Shown here one piece after another: positions 52,980 to 64,000 of a DNA stretch of 64,000 nucleotides. The position numbers and the translations under genes were made by a program. The DNA is taken from positions 42,842,001-42,906,000 of the forward strand of contig NC_047024.1 in assembly GCF_902652985.1 (NCBI RefSeq). Direction: 5' to 3'. The notes under the pieces were generated by a model that made no database searches, was not told where the DNA came from, and saw only the letters and a program-made list of their open reading frames with translations. This DNA is from Pecten maximus. Taxonomy: Eukaryota. The stretch's first letter is position 1, and the number at the start of each line of letters is the position of its first letter.

Positions 52980-53380
52980 GTTGAAAACTCTTCAAAAGCT
53001 ACGTGACCGAATTTTTATTATATAAAAGAACTGTGTTTTGAGAAATACCTTTATGTTTTAGATGTGAAAAATGCAAAAAAATGTTTTGTTAATTTAGAAT
53101 ATATATTCATAAATTACTAATTGAAACCGACAGGTGGGAAATTAAGGATGGAGCTGAAAGGATATGTAATTTATGTAGAAGTAATAAAACTGGTAATGAA
53201 TTTCATTATATTTTAGAATTTAATATAAAAAGAAGAAATTTACTTGGTAAATATGCTACTTTGAAAGAGTTAATATTTTGGAGCATTCTTCTGTTATGAA
53301 CTGTTCAAATATAAGAAAGCTCAGAAATGTATGTAAGTTTATCAAATGTATAAATGACAAAGTCTGTTCTCCTGTGTAAA
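52980..53380 (+). mobile_element. 3' fragment of an RTE-X-like LINE
   Basis: FEKYL, HKLLIETDRW..ERICNLC..GNEFHYILE, KLRNVCKFIK. Confidence 0.75.
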
Positions 53381-54130
53381 TCAAAACCTACAATATATGC
53401 TGTTCTGAACACACAAATATATGTATATCATATTTTTTAATGTATTATATCTGTATATTGAATCATAATGGAACGCGCTGTTCCACCAGAACTGAATCGA
53501 AATTGGATCCAAGATTGCGGAACTTTGATTTTTCATTTGTGATACAAATGTACTTTTTATCAAAAAATAGATGAGAACTCTTCAATTGTGATGAAATAAA
53601 ATAGCTTATATAAGTTTGAAGAAACAATTCACGTATTGATTTCACAACCGGTACATTGCAAAAAAATATCGGTTTTTATGTTTAAAGAGAGGAACGGCCG
53701 CCATCTTGGGAACTCACTTGAAATTCAATTACGTTCCATTTACGATTCCGTGCCAGTTTGGTACAACTGGTACGATCCCGATAATGGAACACACACAGAT
53801 TCCACTGTTCAACATGTTCATGTGGTATGAAAATGGCCAAACCTGCATTAAAGGCGTGACCTGAATTCTATCCAAAACCTGTCTATAAAAGCCACTTGTT
53901 ATGTTCCCAAGGTAACACAGTTCATTGGTAATGAACTTGATTTCTTGATTATCATTTATAGGCAAATTAGACAGCAGCATATCTTTGAGTTATTCCCAGA
54001 ACTGATTGCAGTCATGATTGTTGTCTTTCGTTTTTCTATATGATACATTTGCACCAATCTGATAACACAAAGAAATCCCTCATATCGACAACAAAACCAA
54101 AGGTTTCTGACGTTTTATCAGCCTTTTAAA

Positions 54131-54248
54131 AATCTAATATTGGCCGACTAACGGATTAGTCGGCCCATATCAGATTTCGTTAGTCGGCCAATATCAGATT
54201 TCGTTAGTCGGCCAATATCAGATTTCGTTAGTCGGCCAATATCAGATT
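54131..54248. repeat. 24-bp tandem repeat (about 4 copies) preceded by an inverted copy
   Basis: TTAGTCGGCCAATATCAGATTTCG from 54156; AATCTAATATTGGCCGACTAA at 54131-54151. Confidence 0.9.
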
Positions 54249-54626
54249 AATCGACAACATGTTAAAAAGTTGCGGCAAAATATTTAGACTTGTATGCTGA
54301 ATTGTACAGTTATGTGAAATACACAGAACTGTTTTGAGGTAGATGAGGAATATTGATATGATGAAAAACGTCCATGTCCCGAAAATCGACGCCTGGTGGC
54401 GCTGAAAGCGCCTGTATCTCTACGGTCCGTGTACCATTGTTGGTATCCATGGTATTGCAACACAAAAAAAAACACATAACTATGCCCTTGTTACACGCAG
54501 GGATCTGAGAATTTGTTACAGTTTACGCGTTTTTGGACCTTCCCTAGCGTATATAGCACATGTTCAGACCTTTTGGTGGCTAGATTAAAATTCGGTAAAA
54601 ATGACACCCCTGATGTTCATTATAAT

Positions 54627-55122
54627 ATTATAGGGAAGGTCCAAATACACGTAGACTGTAACAAATTCTCAGGTCCCTGTGATATACAGTACGGAAGGTC
54701 ATACATACATTTAGACTGTAACAAATTCTCAGGTCCATGTGATATAGGGAAGGTCCAAATTCACGAAGACTGTAACAAATTATCAGGTCCCTGTGATATA
54801 GGGAAGGTCCAAATTCACGAAGACTGTAACAAATTATCAGGTCCTTGTGATATAAGACAGGTCCAAATCCACGCAGACTGTAACAAATTATCAGGTCCCT
54901 GTGATATACAGTACGGAAGGTCATACATCATTTAGATTGTAACAAATTATCAGGTCCCTGTGATATAGGGAAGGTCCAAATACACAAAGAATGTAGCAAA
55001 TTCTAAGGTCCCTATGATATAAGACAGCTCCAAATCCACGCAGACTTTAAAAATTTTTCAGGTCCCTGTGATATAGGTGAGGTCCAAATACACGTAGATT
55101 GTAACAAATTCCCAGGTGCCTG
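54627..55122. repeat. 54-60-bp minisatellite, about 9 copies
   Basis: Unit ATAGGGAAGGTCCAAATWCACGWAGACTGTAACAAATTMTCAGGTCCCTGTGAT, with longer variants. Confidence 0.93.
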
Positions 55123-56159
55123 TGTTGTTACACTGCTGATGTTTGCTAGTTTGTTGACATATATCTTCAACCATTCCTGGATCCAAACAGCCTACAGTTA
55201 GGTAACGGATAAACCGAAACTTCTACCGTGAAAAATATATGTATTATAGCATCTATGTATATGTTGGCCGTGGGATAGGAATCCAAGATAGCCAAGTCCC
55301 TGTGTCAAAAACCGTGCTTGAAGTCTTAAATAAAGTCTCATTTTGTTTATGAAAACTTAATTCTTACTTAAAGCGTTTCGTGTACCTTCTTTCGAAAAAA
55401 TATTTGCTTGAAAGCCTAATGTTACCTTTTTGTGTTAATACCCGGAAGCGCGTTTTATGTGGCGTCAATATTACACGAGTTGGGATGCTTTTGAGTCATG
55501 TGAATAGTGAAGGAAAGACAACTCTGACACAAAATTCTAAGTCTAGTCTAAGCGCAGAGGGGTACATTGTTTTCTGTGTCGCGTGAAACGTTGCAAAATA
55601 ACGAAAATCAAAAACATTCTCAAAAATGAAAACTTCATTAAACAAAAATATTTCTTCAAAGATATTGCTTTATATTCATAAAAGTGCGAGATCTATTCAA
55701 AATTCCATTTTTAAAAATTAATATACGGTAATAACTATTGATATTCATCTATAACGTGTACTATATATTTAAAACTGAAATGAATATTGAAACAAATTAA
55801 GTTTTTATTGTAAAAATAGAAAAAAACATTTGTTCTATAGATAAAATATTTGTTCAGTGTGCAAAAAATTCTATGTGGTCAAAAATGTTACATGGTGCGA
55901 CAGTGTGAAATGACACCACAGGGACTTTCGTTACGGAGTATCTGATATTGCAAGTTATGAACAAATAATTGATATTTAGGACCATATATATATATATATA
56001 TATATATCAAAGATTTTATTTTCTAGAAATGCTAATTTGATTTTTGAATGGCTAGCAAACAGTTTTGAATATTTACTTAATTTTTTTAACCAAATGTTTG
56101 TGTTATGAACTTTTTTTCATTGTTAAGAAAAAAACTTAGTCTTAAGAACATATATATAA

Positions 56160-56894
56160 AGAGGTATGGCATATATTGGCCTGTTTCGACCTAACGGTGA
56201 CCGTTTTCATAATTAAAAAAATAAATGTTCAAAACTGAGTTTTTGAATACAAACCATAAATCTATAACATACAAAAGATTCTTATTTGCGAAAATTAGTT
56301 TGTTCATTGCAATGGATATTTCATAAAATGACCGTAAAGTTGCATCATCGGGCTATTTGCAACTTTCGAGGGGGGTTTTCCTGCATTCATATCATTTTTT
56401 GACATAGAGCGCATCGGAAGACCAACTTATACAATGTCTTATTTTATTCTATGCACCAAAAGACAACTAAAATCCTATTCTTAAAAAGTGGTCCTCCGAT
56501 GCGCTGGTATAGCAAAATTGAAAAAAACGTAGTTGATAAAATATTTTAATTTCAGCATTAACTAGACTGACTATAACTGATAACATAAACTTCACATTCC
56601 TGTCAGTTCGCATAGCTCATATGGTAGAACAATCGCTTATCAACCCGAAGGTTCGGAGTTCGAATCACTAAAATGTATCGTATTAATATTTTGTTATGTT
56701 TCTAAGAATGATACCTTTTAAATTTTCTTGGTCGTATTTGAAAGATATTTTCAACATTAAATGCATATTTAATATGAAGTATTTAGTATAAAGATAGAAA
56801 GGTTGAGATAGAAATTTTCCACTTGGATAAAAAAAGAGTGAAATCATAACCTATTTACTACGTATCATTCAAAGTAACATCTAAATGAACTGCA
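56160..56894. mobile_element. Kolobok-like element copy 2 (right end missing), with tRNA-like segment at ~56606-56669
   Basis: Colinear with 19885-20618. Intact B box GAGTTCGAATC. Confidence 0.75.
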
Positions 56895-57196
56895 GGTCAG
56901 GGCACGGATCAAAAAGTTGTCTTCCTTCGTCATTTGTGTTACTATGTTATATATCTATTTATTAGCACAATGTATCATATACACTATGTGTTGGTGATCC
57001 GAGGATATAGATTTGAATTTCCTGTCGTAGTTTTACCGAGAGAAATATTTATAATATATGTTCAATTCGTATCCATGTATGTAAATACATTGCGATCCAT
57101 GTTTCCATATCATCTTATAGACGACTTCCACAATGATCATGTCAGGGTATCGGGCCGACCATCACTGCGCCATTGAAACGTTCTGTTTAACAGAAC

Positions 57197-57286
57197 GCCG
57201 ATGTGGCGCAGCGGTATAAGCTGCGGGTGTTTCTGGCTGGGCGATTGGGTGACGTAGATCGTGAGTTCGAGGCCCGGTCAGGGCAC
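57197..57286 (+). other. tRNA-like Pol III A/B-box cassette
   Basis: TGGCGCAGCGG (57204-57214) and GTTCGAGGCCC (57265-57275). The downstream ~65 bp are duplicated at 56895. Confidence 0.55.
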
Positions 57287-57949
57287 GAGTCAAAAAGTTG
57301 TCTTTCTTCGTCTTTTGTGTTGCTAAGTTATATATATATATATAATTATATAGGAATTGCCAGAGTTGGGGAGCCCTGTGTTCAACCCCCTTAACAATGG
57401 TGTGTCCTCTATTTCTTTATATTCATAAACTTGTGATAACCATAACCATACATATTCTATTTACACTCTTAACTCTAACGCCAGACCAGATCTTCATACA
57501 TTTTTTATTACTGATCTGTTAGGGGATGGTAGCCTTAAACATGGAACGTCAAATATATTGTCAACATAAATTTCCGTGAAAATAAGTCTCTCTTAAAAGC
57601 ATATTCTGTTCCTATTAAGAAAGCATGACGTCATTTTTACGTAAGGGTGCAACATAATTCCTAAGTGTGCTGAACCAGTATCTACAGCTTAACATTTATA
57701 TGTAGACACTGTAATTGTACAACACTAAGAGTCTGTTAAGCTATCAATGCTTAAATTTAATTTATCCAATGACGTATAAGATGCACGGTGTGACCAATAT
57801 ACAAAATTATGTAATAGATGTTTAGTCAGGTTCACTAGACGACAACGCCATGAATACTTATGGATGTTTTGAATTTAAAGTTTATGAAAGTTTAAATAAA
57901 CTAAAAGAACCTAACACTACTTTGGATTCAAAGACACGAAGGAGTTCAA

Positions 57950-58411
57950 GGTAACGAATTTGTTGACAGTGAAGCAAAAATACTTGAAATCTCCAACAAA
58001 CAAATATTACACTACCATATACAGATTTCACTTCTGTAAAGCCGCTAAAAATAAATGACAACAACGCTGGTCTCTTGAGACAAGCAACAAAGTACAACCG
58101 AAACTTAATGCATTCATTCCCAGTTGAAAATATCGTAGAGAGGAATTTGTCCCCGCTCGGCTCCGTACTGGGCACACATATCCTACTCATTCGTCCCTTT
58201 TAAAACGAGGAGATTCACCGATATGCCATGCATGTGACACTGAAACTACAGTGAAACATTTTTAATGGAATGTTTCGTTTTTAAACACATTTGTGATAGC
58301 TACTACCCACGCTTCCCATATGTTTGTTTAAAATAAGATGAATAAATCTATCACCATGCCCTTTATGACCACAGCAGTCGACGGGCCGTTAAACCGAAAG
58401 AAACAAACAAA
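57950..58411 (+). mobile_element. 3' fragment of an I/Nimb-clade LINE with its tail
   Basis: ITLPYTDF and ARLRTGHTYPTHS..KRGDSPICHACDTETTVKH..EC zinc knuckle. Tail ATGACCACAGCAGTCGACGGGCCGTTAAAC(GAAA/CAAA)n. Confidence 0.75.
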
Positions 58412-58815
58412 ATTATGTAATGGCATGATTTGAATAAATGGGGTTGAAATAGAAAAAAAAACCCTCTTCGTTGACTTAAACGATATGGTGAACTGTAGTA
58501 TGACCATACATTTCTGATACAGCAGATTAGACATTCCTTTTTTTCTGCGATATACCTAAAGGGATCACGGGAACGACGCCGTCTCTCGCTCACGTGCTTT
58601 AGTTTATATAACGTGTAGTAGAGTGATTTAATGTAGTTTTTAATAAAATATATAAAACATTGATGCTGTGTTATATGCAGTATGCACTTCCGGCGTGAGA
58701 CAGTGCGGACGTGCATGTCGGAGCTCCGATATGCACGGTCTTATTCTACGAGTTATGAACGTTTTTTGGTGTTGTATACCATGTTGGAGTAGTTATAAAT
58801 CTGTAACTAATTACT

Positions 58816-58881
58816 ATGCCTCCGAAGAAACGTGTCAAGGGTACAAATGCTAAAAAAGCCAGCGAAAGTGACGACCCACAG
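58816..58881 (+). CDS. Candidate first coding exon MPPKKRVKGTNAKKASESDDPQ (host or transposon gene, unknown)
   Basis: ATG, basic NLS-like start and strong donor CAG|GTGAGC. Upstream CpG-richer segment with CACTTCCGG and CACGTG. Confidence 0.4.
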
Positions 58882-59010
58882 GTGAGCAGTACTGCATATA
58901 GTGGTAATCCATGCATGAACAGTGATAACGTGTACACGTGTACACGTGTAATACCAATATGTCGTGTCCACCTCCGGCCCCCAGCCCGGGCCCTATGTTT
59001 CAACCACAAA

Positions 59011-59861
59011 GTTCAAGTTCTTCAAGTTCTTTATTACTTTAAACCACATGGTTTATCAGTATATAAATTACATGTACAACAAGTTCTCACAGTCCTCACA
59101 AACACTCGCACACCCACACTGATCCACACATACCCACCCACTCACACTGATCCACAGACAAACTCTCACACACCAATCCACACATGTACACTACAGCACA
59201 TACACACCTATACCCACACACTCACACTGAACCACACATATGAACACCGGTCGGTTACATCTAGAATAGTGTAGAGGAATATCTCTCACACTTCAATAAT
59301 TAAGTACATTGTTTTCACAAATTACAAATTCTGCCATGGAAATTACAAAAGTGCATAGGGGATTACAAACATGTTGTAGTTATATATTCTAGACATTTAT
59401 ATATCAATAACATATATATTAGCAAATTGCTCAATACTAAGTAATTTCGAAAATACGTACAACACGTACTATTCAATATTCAGCCTAACATTGTAACAGG
59501 CGGTCTCGTTTCTTATTACTTAAGGAAATGAATTTCGCCAAATTTGCCATATCTTTTATGTTATCAGTGCACAGTAGTTTAATAAATTTATACATGCTTG
59601 GTCTAGTAAAATAATATTTTTTTATGAACTTACTTCTCAACTCTTTAAAGCATTGACATTTGATTATAAAATGAAATTCATCTTCTATATCTCCGTTATT
59701 ACAAACATTACATTTCCTAAGGTTACGTGATATATTATTATAACGTCCAACCTCTACTTTTAACCTATGTGATGACATCCTTATTTTAATTATTTCTTTT
59801 AAATGTTTTGAATCTATAGGCATTGCTAAGTATTTTTGTAGACAAAAATTATCAGTTTTAA
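59011..59861 (-). mobile_element. 3' portion of an RTE-X-like LINE
   Basis: CLQKYL..RMSSHRLKVEVGRY..RKCNVC..IEDEFHFIIKC. The 3' end reads AATAAAGAACTTGAAGAACTTGAAC, and the UTR contains a TG/CA-rich stretch. Confidence 0.82.
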
Positions 59862-62800
59862 GTTTAAACATATTTTATTGACATAAAATGACAAAGGGAT
59901 TGGTCGGTAAGTTTTGCCAACTTATTGATGACCTTTCCCGCATAAATGACATATGATAATATACAGTGGTCACATGATGATATGTACAAATATTCAACAA
60001 TATGATAAACAAAAGATGATTTATGAATTGTCTTTCTTAAAAAAAAAAAAAAAAAGGTTATATTTTATTAGGGATGGAAAAAGAGAGAGAGAATGAGAGA
60101 CAGGCAGGAGGAGAGAGAGAGAGGGGGGGGTGACAATAGTTTTGTATAGCTTGCAACAATTAAAATTAATGAACTGAGATTGTGTTTCCGATCCTTCCCG
60201 ACACAGACGACACTTGTTACACTATTCACTTTCCAATCTTTCAGCTGTTTCAAATGTTCATCACATCCCGTGCGTAAGTGGCTTTCTCCTGGTTCCGTCC
60301 GCTCTTCCAGTTAACTACGTTTCTCAAGTGCCGTTTGGATCCGGAAGGACCAGAAATATAACCTACATTTTTAGATGGATTCAATTGATCCATTGTTGTC
60401 CTTACACTATATATAAAGTACGGATAGATAGGACACTTTTGAAGCAAGTTTATGAACTAATAAGATTAAGAAAAGGAGAGGAAAAAGGGAGGGGGAGTAA
60501 GAAACGGCAGCTAGTCGAATCTACCCGACCTTCTCAGGAAGTTTTGCACAGCTTTGGCGATTTTTACATTGTCATTTGGTGAAATATTAGGATCACCTTT
60601 ACAAAGAACATCGATGTTGGCAGGACCGTACCATGATATTTCAGTAATAAGTGTTCTTCTTAAATTGGCATACAAAGGACAGATAAGGAAAAAATGATAG
60701 CAATCTTCACAGGGATGCCCACATTGACACTCGGGTGAATCTACGAGATTAGCTCTAAAAAGATCATAGTTTAGTGTGCTAGCTCGATTTCTCAGTCGAC
60801 TGTGGATAATATTTAAATTCCTAGGTCCATAGTTTATAAAATGCTTACTATATAATATATTGTTTGCTGTCATAGATTTCTTTACATTTGACTTAAAAGA
60901 ACTTAGAGAAGGCGAGTTTCTAATAGTGATATTCAAGTCGTTCCAGAGTTTTGACGTAGAGGGAAAGAAAGAATTGTTTGAAAGTTGTAAACGAAAGTGT
61001 TGTTCTCTCAAAAGATGTGCATTTCGCAAATTGTATGGAATTATATTTCCAATATACATTGGCAATAAGTCGACGAGAAAAGTAGGTGACAAATTATTAA
61101 CTATAGAATAGAATAAAGACAGTTTCCGAGCATCCCTTCTCTTCGCAAGGGGTAACCAGCCGGTTTCTTGATATAAGAAATCTTTTTTTGTGAATATGGG
61201 CAGCCCTGTAACTATTCTCGCAGCTTCTAAATTTATTTTTTCCAATAGCAATAAATTTGTTGTACCACAGTTGTCCCATACTTCGCAGGCATATTCGAGT
61301 AGAGGTCGAATATAAGTAAGATACATTTTTTCTAATGTATTTCTATTTAGGATAAGTTTTAATTTACGAAGTGTGGCTATATATTTATTAACTTTTTTAA
61401 CCATATATTCAACATGGATATTCCATTTACAATCATTAGAAAAAACGACACCTAAGTGTTTATGTTGGTTAGTGATTTGAATTGGGGTATTGTTGAATGT
61501 TAAAGATGGGATAAATGGAAGTTGCCTATTTGAGATAACCAGGGCCTCAGTTTTAGTAGGATTAAAGGACATTAGCCATTCTTTAGACCAGACTTCAAGT
61601 TTAATAAGATCTGCGTTTGCGTCTGCTTCAATAGTGTTTAAGTCATGGGACGAATAAGAAAGAGAGGTATCATCTGCAAAGAGTCTAGATAGGGAAGAAA
61701 GTTCACATGAAATATCGTTTATATAAAGAAGGAAGAAAAGTGGACCTAGAACTGATCCTTGAGGGACACCAGCATTTATAGTCTTACGCGAAGATATAGA
61801 ATCATTAATAAAAACTGATTGTTTTCTGTTCGACAGATAACTAGTTATCCATCTTAGAAGAGGTCCTGAGATACCATAATTGTTAAGTTTATGTAGAAGA
61901 CCTTTGTGCCACACACGGTCAAAGGCCTTTGAAAAATCACAAAAAATTAAAATCGAATGCTCATAATTTTCTAATGATGTAATTATTGAATGATATAACT
62001 CGATAAGTTGATGTGTTGTGGAATGGTTTGGTAGAAACCCGGACTGATATTTATAAATAAGGTCATTTTCGATTAAGAAATTATAAATATGTTTATGTAC
62101 TACACGCTCAAATAGTTTACCTATACAACTTAGCAGTGAGATAGGTCTGTAGTTGGAGACAATGCTTGCGTCATTAGCCTTAAAAATAGGCATGACATGC
62201 GCAATTTTCCAATTGTCAGGATATATAGAGGAAGACAAAGAATAATTAAATATAAAAGATAGCGGTATAGCTATTTCACTGGACAGTAGTTTTAACATTT
62301 TGTGGCTAATTCCGTCAGGGCCAGACGCCTTATTAACATCTAGATTATTTATAATATCTTCAACTTCACTGTAATCTATATGTATTTCTGATAAAATAGA
62401 ATCAGTCCGCCTCTCAAAAGCTGGCAATGGTTTATCTATATCATTTTCAGGTAAAGTACACACAGAGCTAAAGTAATTGTTTAGTAATTCACATTTTCTA
62501 TCATTGTCGTATATTATTTCGTTTGTAGTACTATCTAGTAAAGGGGATATATCTGGGGTTTTTTTACTTTTAAGAATATTCCCAAGAAGTTTCCAATACG
62601 TCTTAGGACTGTTAGTACTTTTATCTATAACTGTATTTATATTATCATAAAATATTTCTTTAGCCCTCTTGATCATATTGTTTACTCTATTTCTCATATA
62701 CTTATATTTATTTTTGTTCGACTCGGTTCTATTATTGAACATTATTTTTTTAAGTCGATCTCTTTTTCTCATATTACGTCTAACTATTCCATTCATCCAC

Positions 62801-64000
62801 GGTTTATCACTATCGCGTACTACTATTTCTTTGGACGGTATACATTTGTCAACGGCATCAAGGAATTGCTCAGTAAAGAAATTACACATTTCATTGACAT
62901 GTGATAGGTTCGCAAATCTGTCAAGCCATGGGATACTATTAATCATGACTTTCAGTTTATCAATATCAGTCTGATCATACAGCCAAACCTTTCTTTTAAA
63001 ATAATGTTTAATTTTGACAGGGATATTTATAATTGCAAAAACAGCATCATGGTCACTGATGGTTCGCTCAATTTCAATAACATCAGAAAAAACGACATTA
63101 ACAGTATCACTTACAATGATCGGGTCAAGTAGTGTAGAGGAGGTATCGGTTTGTCGAGTAGGTTCGGTAATAACATTAGTTAAATTATAATTGGACAGGA
63201 TATCACACAGATCACCTCTGATAGGCTTTAAAAAATCAATATTTAAATCACCAGTAATTATTATATTGGGCGTTTCTTCGAAAGCAATATCAATCGAGTG
63301 TCGTAAATTCTGCCACAAACCAGTACCAGTATAAGAGGGTGGTCTGTATACGTTACAAATTAGATACAAGGTATTACGAAATTTAATTTGAGACCATATT
63401 GTTTCATCGTTACCAAATTCAAGATCGATTCTTCTCTTGGCTACAAGTGATTCAGAAAAATATATGGCAACCCCTCCCCCAAACATGTTTCGATCTTCAC
63501 GAAAGGGTTCAGAAAAACCACTGATATTAATATCGGAGTTTGGAATGGAGTTATCGAGGTGGGTCTCAGTTATACATACAATATCAACATCATCTGTTAG
63601 GGAGCACAAATGTTGAACCTTATTTCTTAAACTTCGGATGTTTAAATGGAGCAAACTAATGACACTGGTAGCCGAACTGCTATTAGAGTTGGGCCCGGGA
63701 TTTGGGTGAATATCCCCAGCTATTAATAAAACAATTAAGGTTACATTGTATGGATGATGGATGTAATGGGACAACTGTAGTAGCAAAATATATATCCTAT
63801 GGAGACAGTTCAGATTGGAGATAGCTGTTTTAAAAACTTTGGAGAAATCATTATTGAAGACAAATGTGACTGGTATACATGCCAACTTACAATAGAAACA
63901 TCCTATGGCAGCTCTCCAGGCGCAAACATCATTACCTGTCATGGAGGGTCAAAAATAAAATTCTCTAAGCATTGATGGAGGTCTGCCATAGGTGACCGCG
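59862..64000 (-). mobile_element. Apparently intact CR1-group (Zenon-like) LINE; 5' end at or beyond the window edge
   Basis: Uninterrupted EN-RT ORF plus a ~650-bp 3' UTR ending AATAAAATATGTTTAAAC. Confidence 0.9.
60511..63942 (-). CDS. LINE endonuclease-reverse transcriptase polyprotein, 1143 aa
   Basis: APE motifs HLNIRS, ITETHL, VYRPP, GDLN, SDHD. RT motifs NYRPISLL, DFSKAFDRV, GVPQGSVLGP, FADDT, HLGV. C-terminal CxC..EDxxHFFLxC. Confidence 0.96.
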   Translation of the reverse strand: MTGNDVCAWRAAIGCFYCKLACIPVTFVFNNDFSKVFKTAISNLNCLHRIYILLLQLSHYIHHPYNVTLIVLLIAGDIHPNPGPNSNSSSATSVISLLHLNIRSLRNKVQHLCSLTDDVDIVCITETHLDNSIPNSDINISGFSEPFREDRNMFGGGVAIYFSESLVAKRRIDLEFGNDETIWSQIKFRNTLYLICNVYRPPSYTGTGLWQNLRHSIDIAFEETPNIIITGDLNIDFLKPIRGDLCDILSNYNLTNVITEPTRQTDTSSTLLDPIIVSDTVNVVFSDVIEIERTISDHDAVFAIINIPVKIKHYFKRKVWLYDQTDIDKLKVMINSIPWLDRFANLSHVNEMCNFFTEQFLDAVDKCIPSKEIVVRDSDKPWMNGIVRRNMRKRDRLKKIMFNNRTESNKNKYKYMRNRVNNMIKRAKEIFYDNINTVIDKSTNSPKTYWKLLGNILKSKKTPDISPLLDSTTNEIIYDNDRKCELLNNYFSSVCTLPENDIDKPLPAFERRTDSILSEIHIDYSEVEDIINNLDVNKASGPDGISHKMLKLLSSEIAIPLSFIFNYSLSSSIYPDNWKIAHVMPIFKANDASIVSNYRPISLLSCIGKLFERVVHKHIYNFLIENDLIYKYQSGFLPNHSTTHQLIELYHSIITSLENYEHSILIFCDFSKAFDRVWHKGLLHKLNNYGISGPLLRWITSYLSNRKQSVFINDSISSRKTINAGVPQGSVLGPLFFLLYINDISCELSSLSRLFADDTSLSYSSHDLNTIEADANADLIKLEVWSKEWLMSFNPTKTEALVISNRQLPFIPSLTFNNTPIQITNQHKHLGVVFSNDCKWNIHVEYMVKKVNKYIATLRKLKLILNRNTLEKMYLTYIRPLLEYACEVWDNCGTTNLLLLEKINLEAARIVTGLPIFTKKDFLYQETGWLPLAKRRDARKLSLFYSIVNNLSPTFLVDLLPMYIGNIIPYNLRNAHLLREQHFRLQLSNNSFFPSTSKLWNDLNITIRNSPSLSSFKSNVKKSMTANNILYSKHFINYGPRNLNIIHSRLRNRASTLNYDLFRANLVDSPECQCGHPCEDCYHFFLICPLYANLRRTLITEISWYGPANIDVLCKGDPNISPNDNVKIAKAVQNFLRRSGRFD

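Noticed and set aside
54513-54935. Cys-repeat protein (IGKVQIHEDCNKLSGPCD)n
   Set aside because: It is a translation of the 54-60-bp minisatellite, and the frame breaks in later units.
2965-55122. CRISPR arrays suggested by the many short repeats
   Set aside because: The units are head-to-tail without unique spacers, no cas genes are present, and the context is eukaryotic.
60860-62974. Short ORFs overlapping the LINE ORF
   Set aside because: They are antisense or alternate-frame shadows of the EN-RT coding sequence.

Overview
AT-rich eukaryotic (metazoan) genomic DNA, not prokaryotic. The repeat repertoire (V-domain and Meta-type tRNA-SINEs, CR1-Zenon-like, RTE-X, Nimb/I and Tx1 LINEs, Helentron-like non-autonomous elements) points to a mollusc, probably a bivalve; this is inference and no search was run. 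The window is dominated by transposons and tandem repeats. It holds one intact single-ORF CR1-group LINE (EN+RT, 1143 aa, with a 2A-like GDIHPNPGP motif) nested in an RTE-X remnant. Degraded copies of Ty3/gypsy, DIRS/Ngaro, Tigger/pogo, Harbinger, hAT and Crypton-like elements are also present, plus about ten minisatellites. No complete host gene could be assembled. The best host-gene hints are a duplicated CRE-TATA-first-exon module on the minus strand (5.4 kb and 30.0 kb) and a short MPPKKR exon at 58.8 kb. The most unusual structures are a Harbinger-type MITE carrying ten CRE palindromes, a Kolobok-like element with an internal tRNA-Ala-derived Pol III cassette (two copies), a filled/empty SINE site pair inside a local duplication, and a perfect templated inversion in the gypsy protease. 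I cannot claim a new biological system from sequence alone. Family names come from remembered motifs, and element boundaries are approximate unless TIR/TSD coordinates are given.
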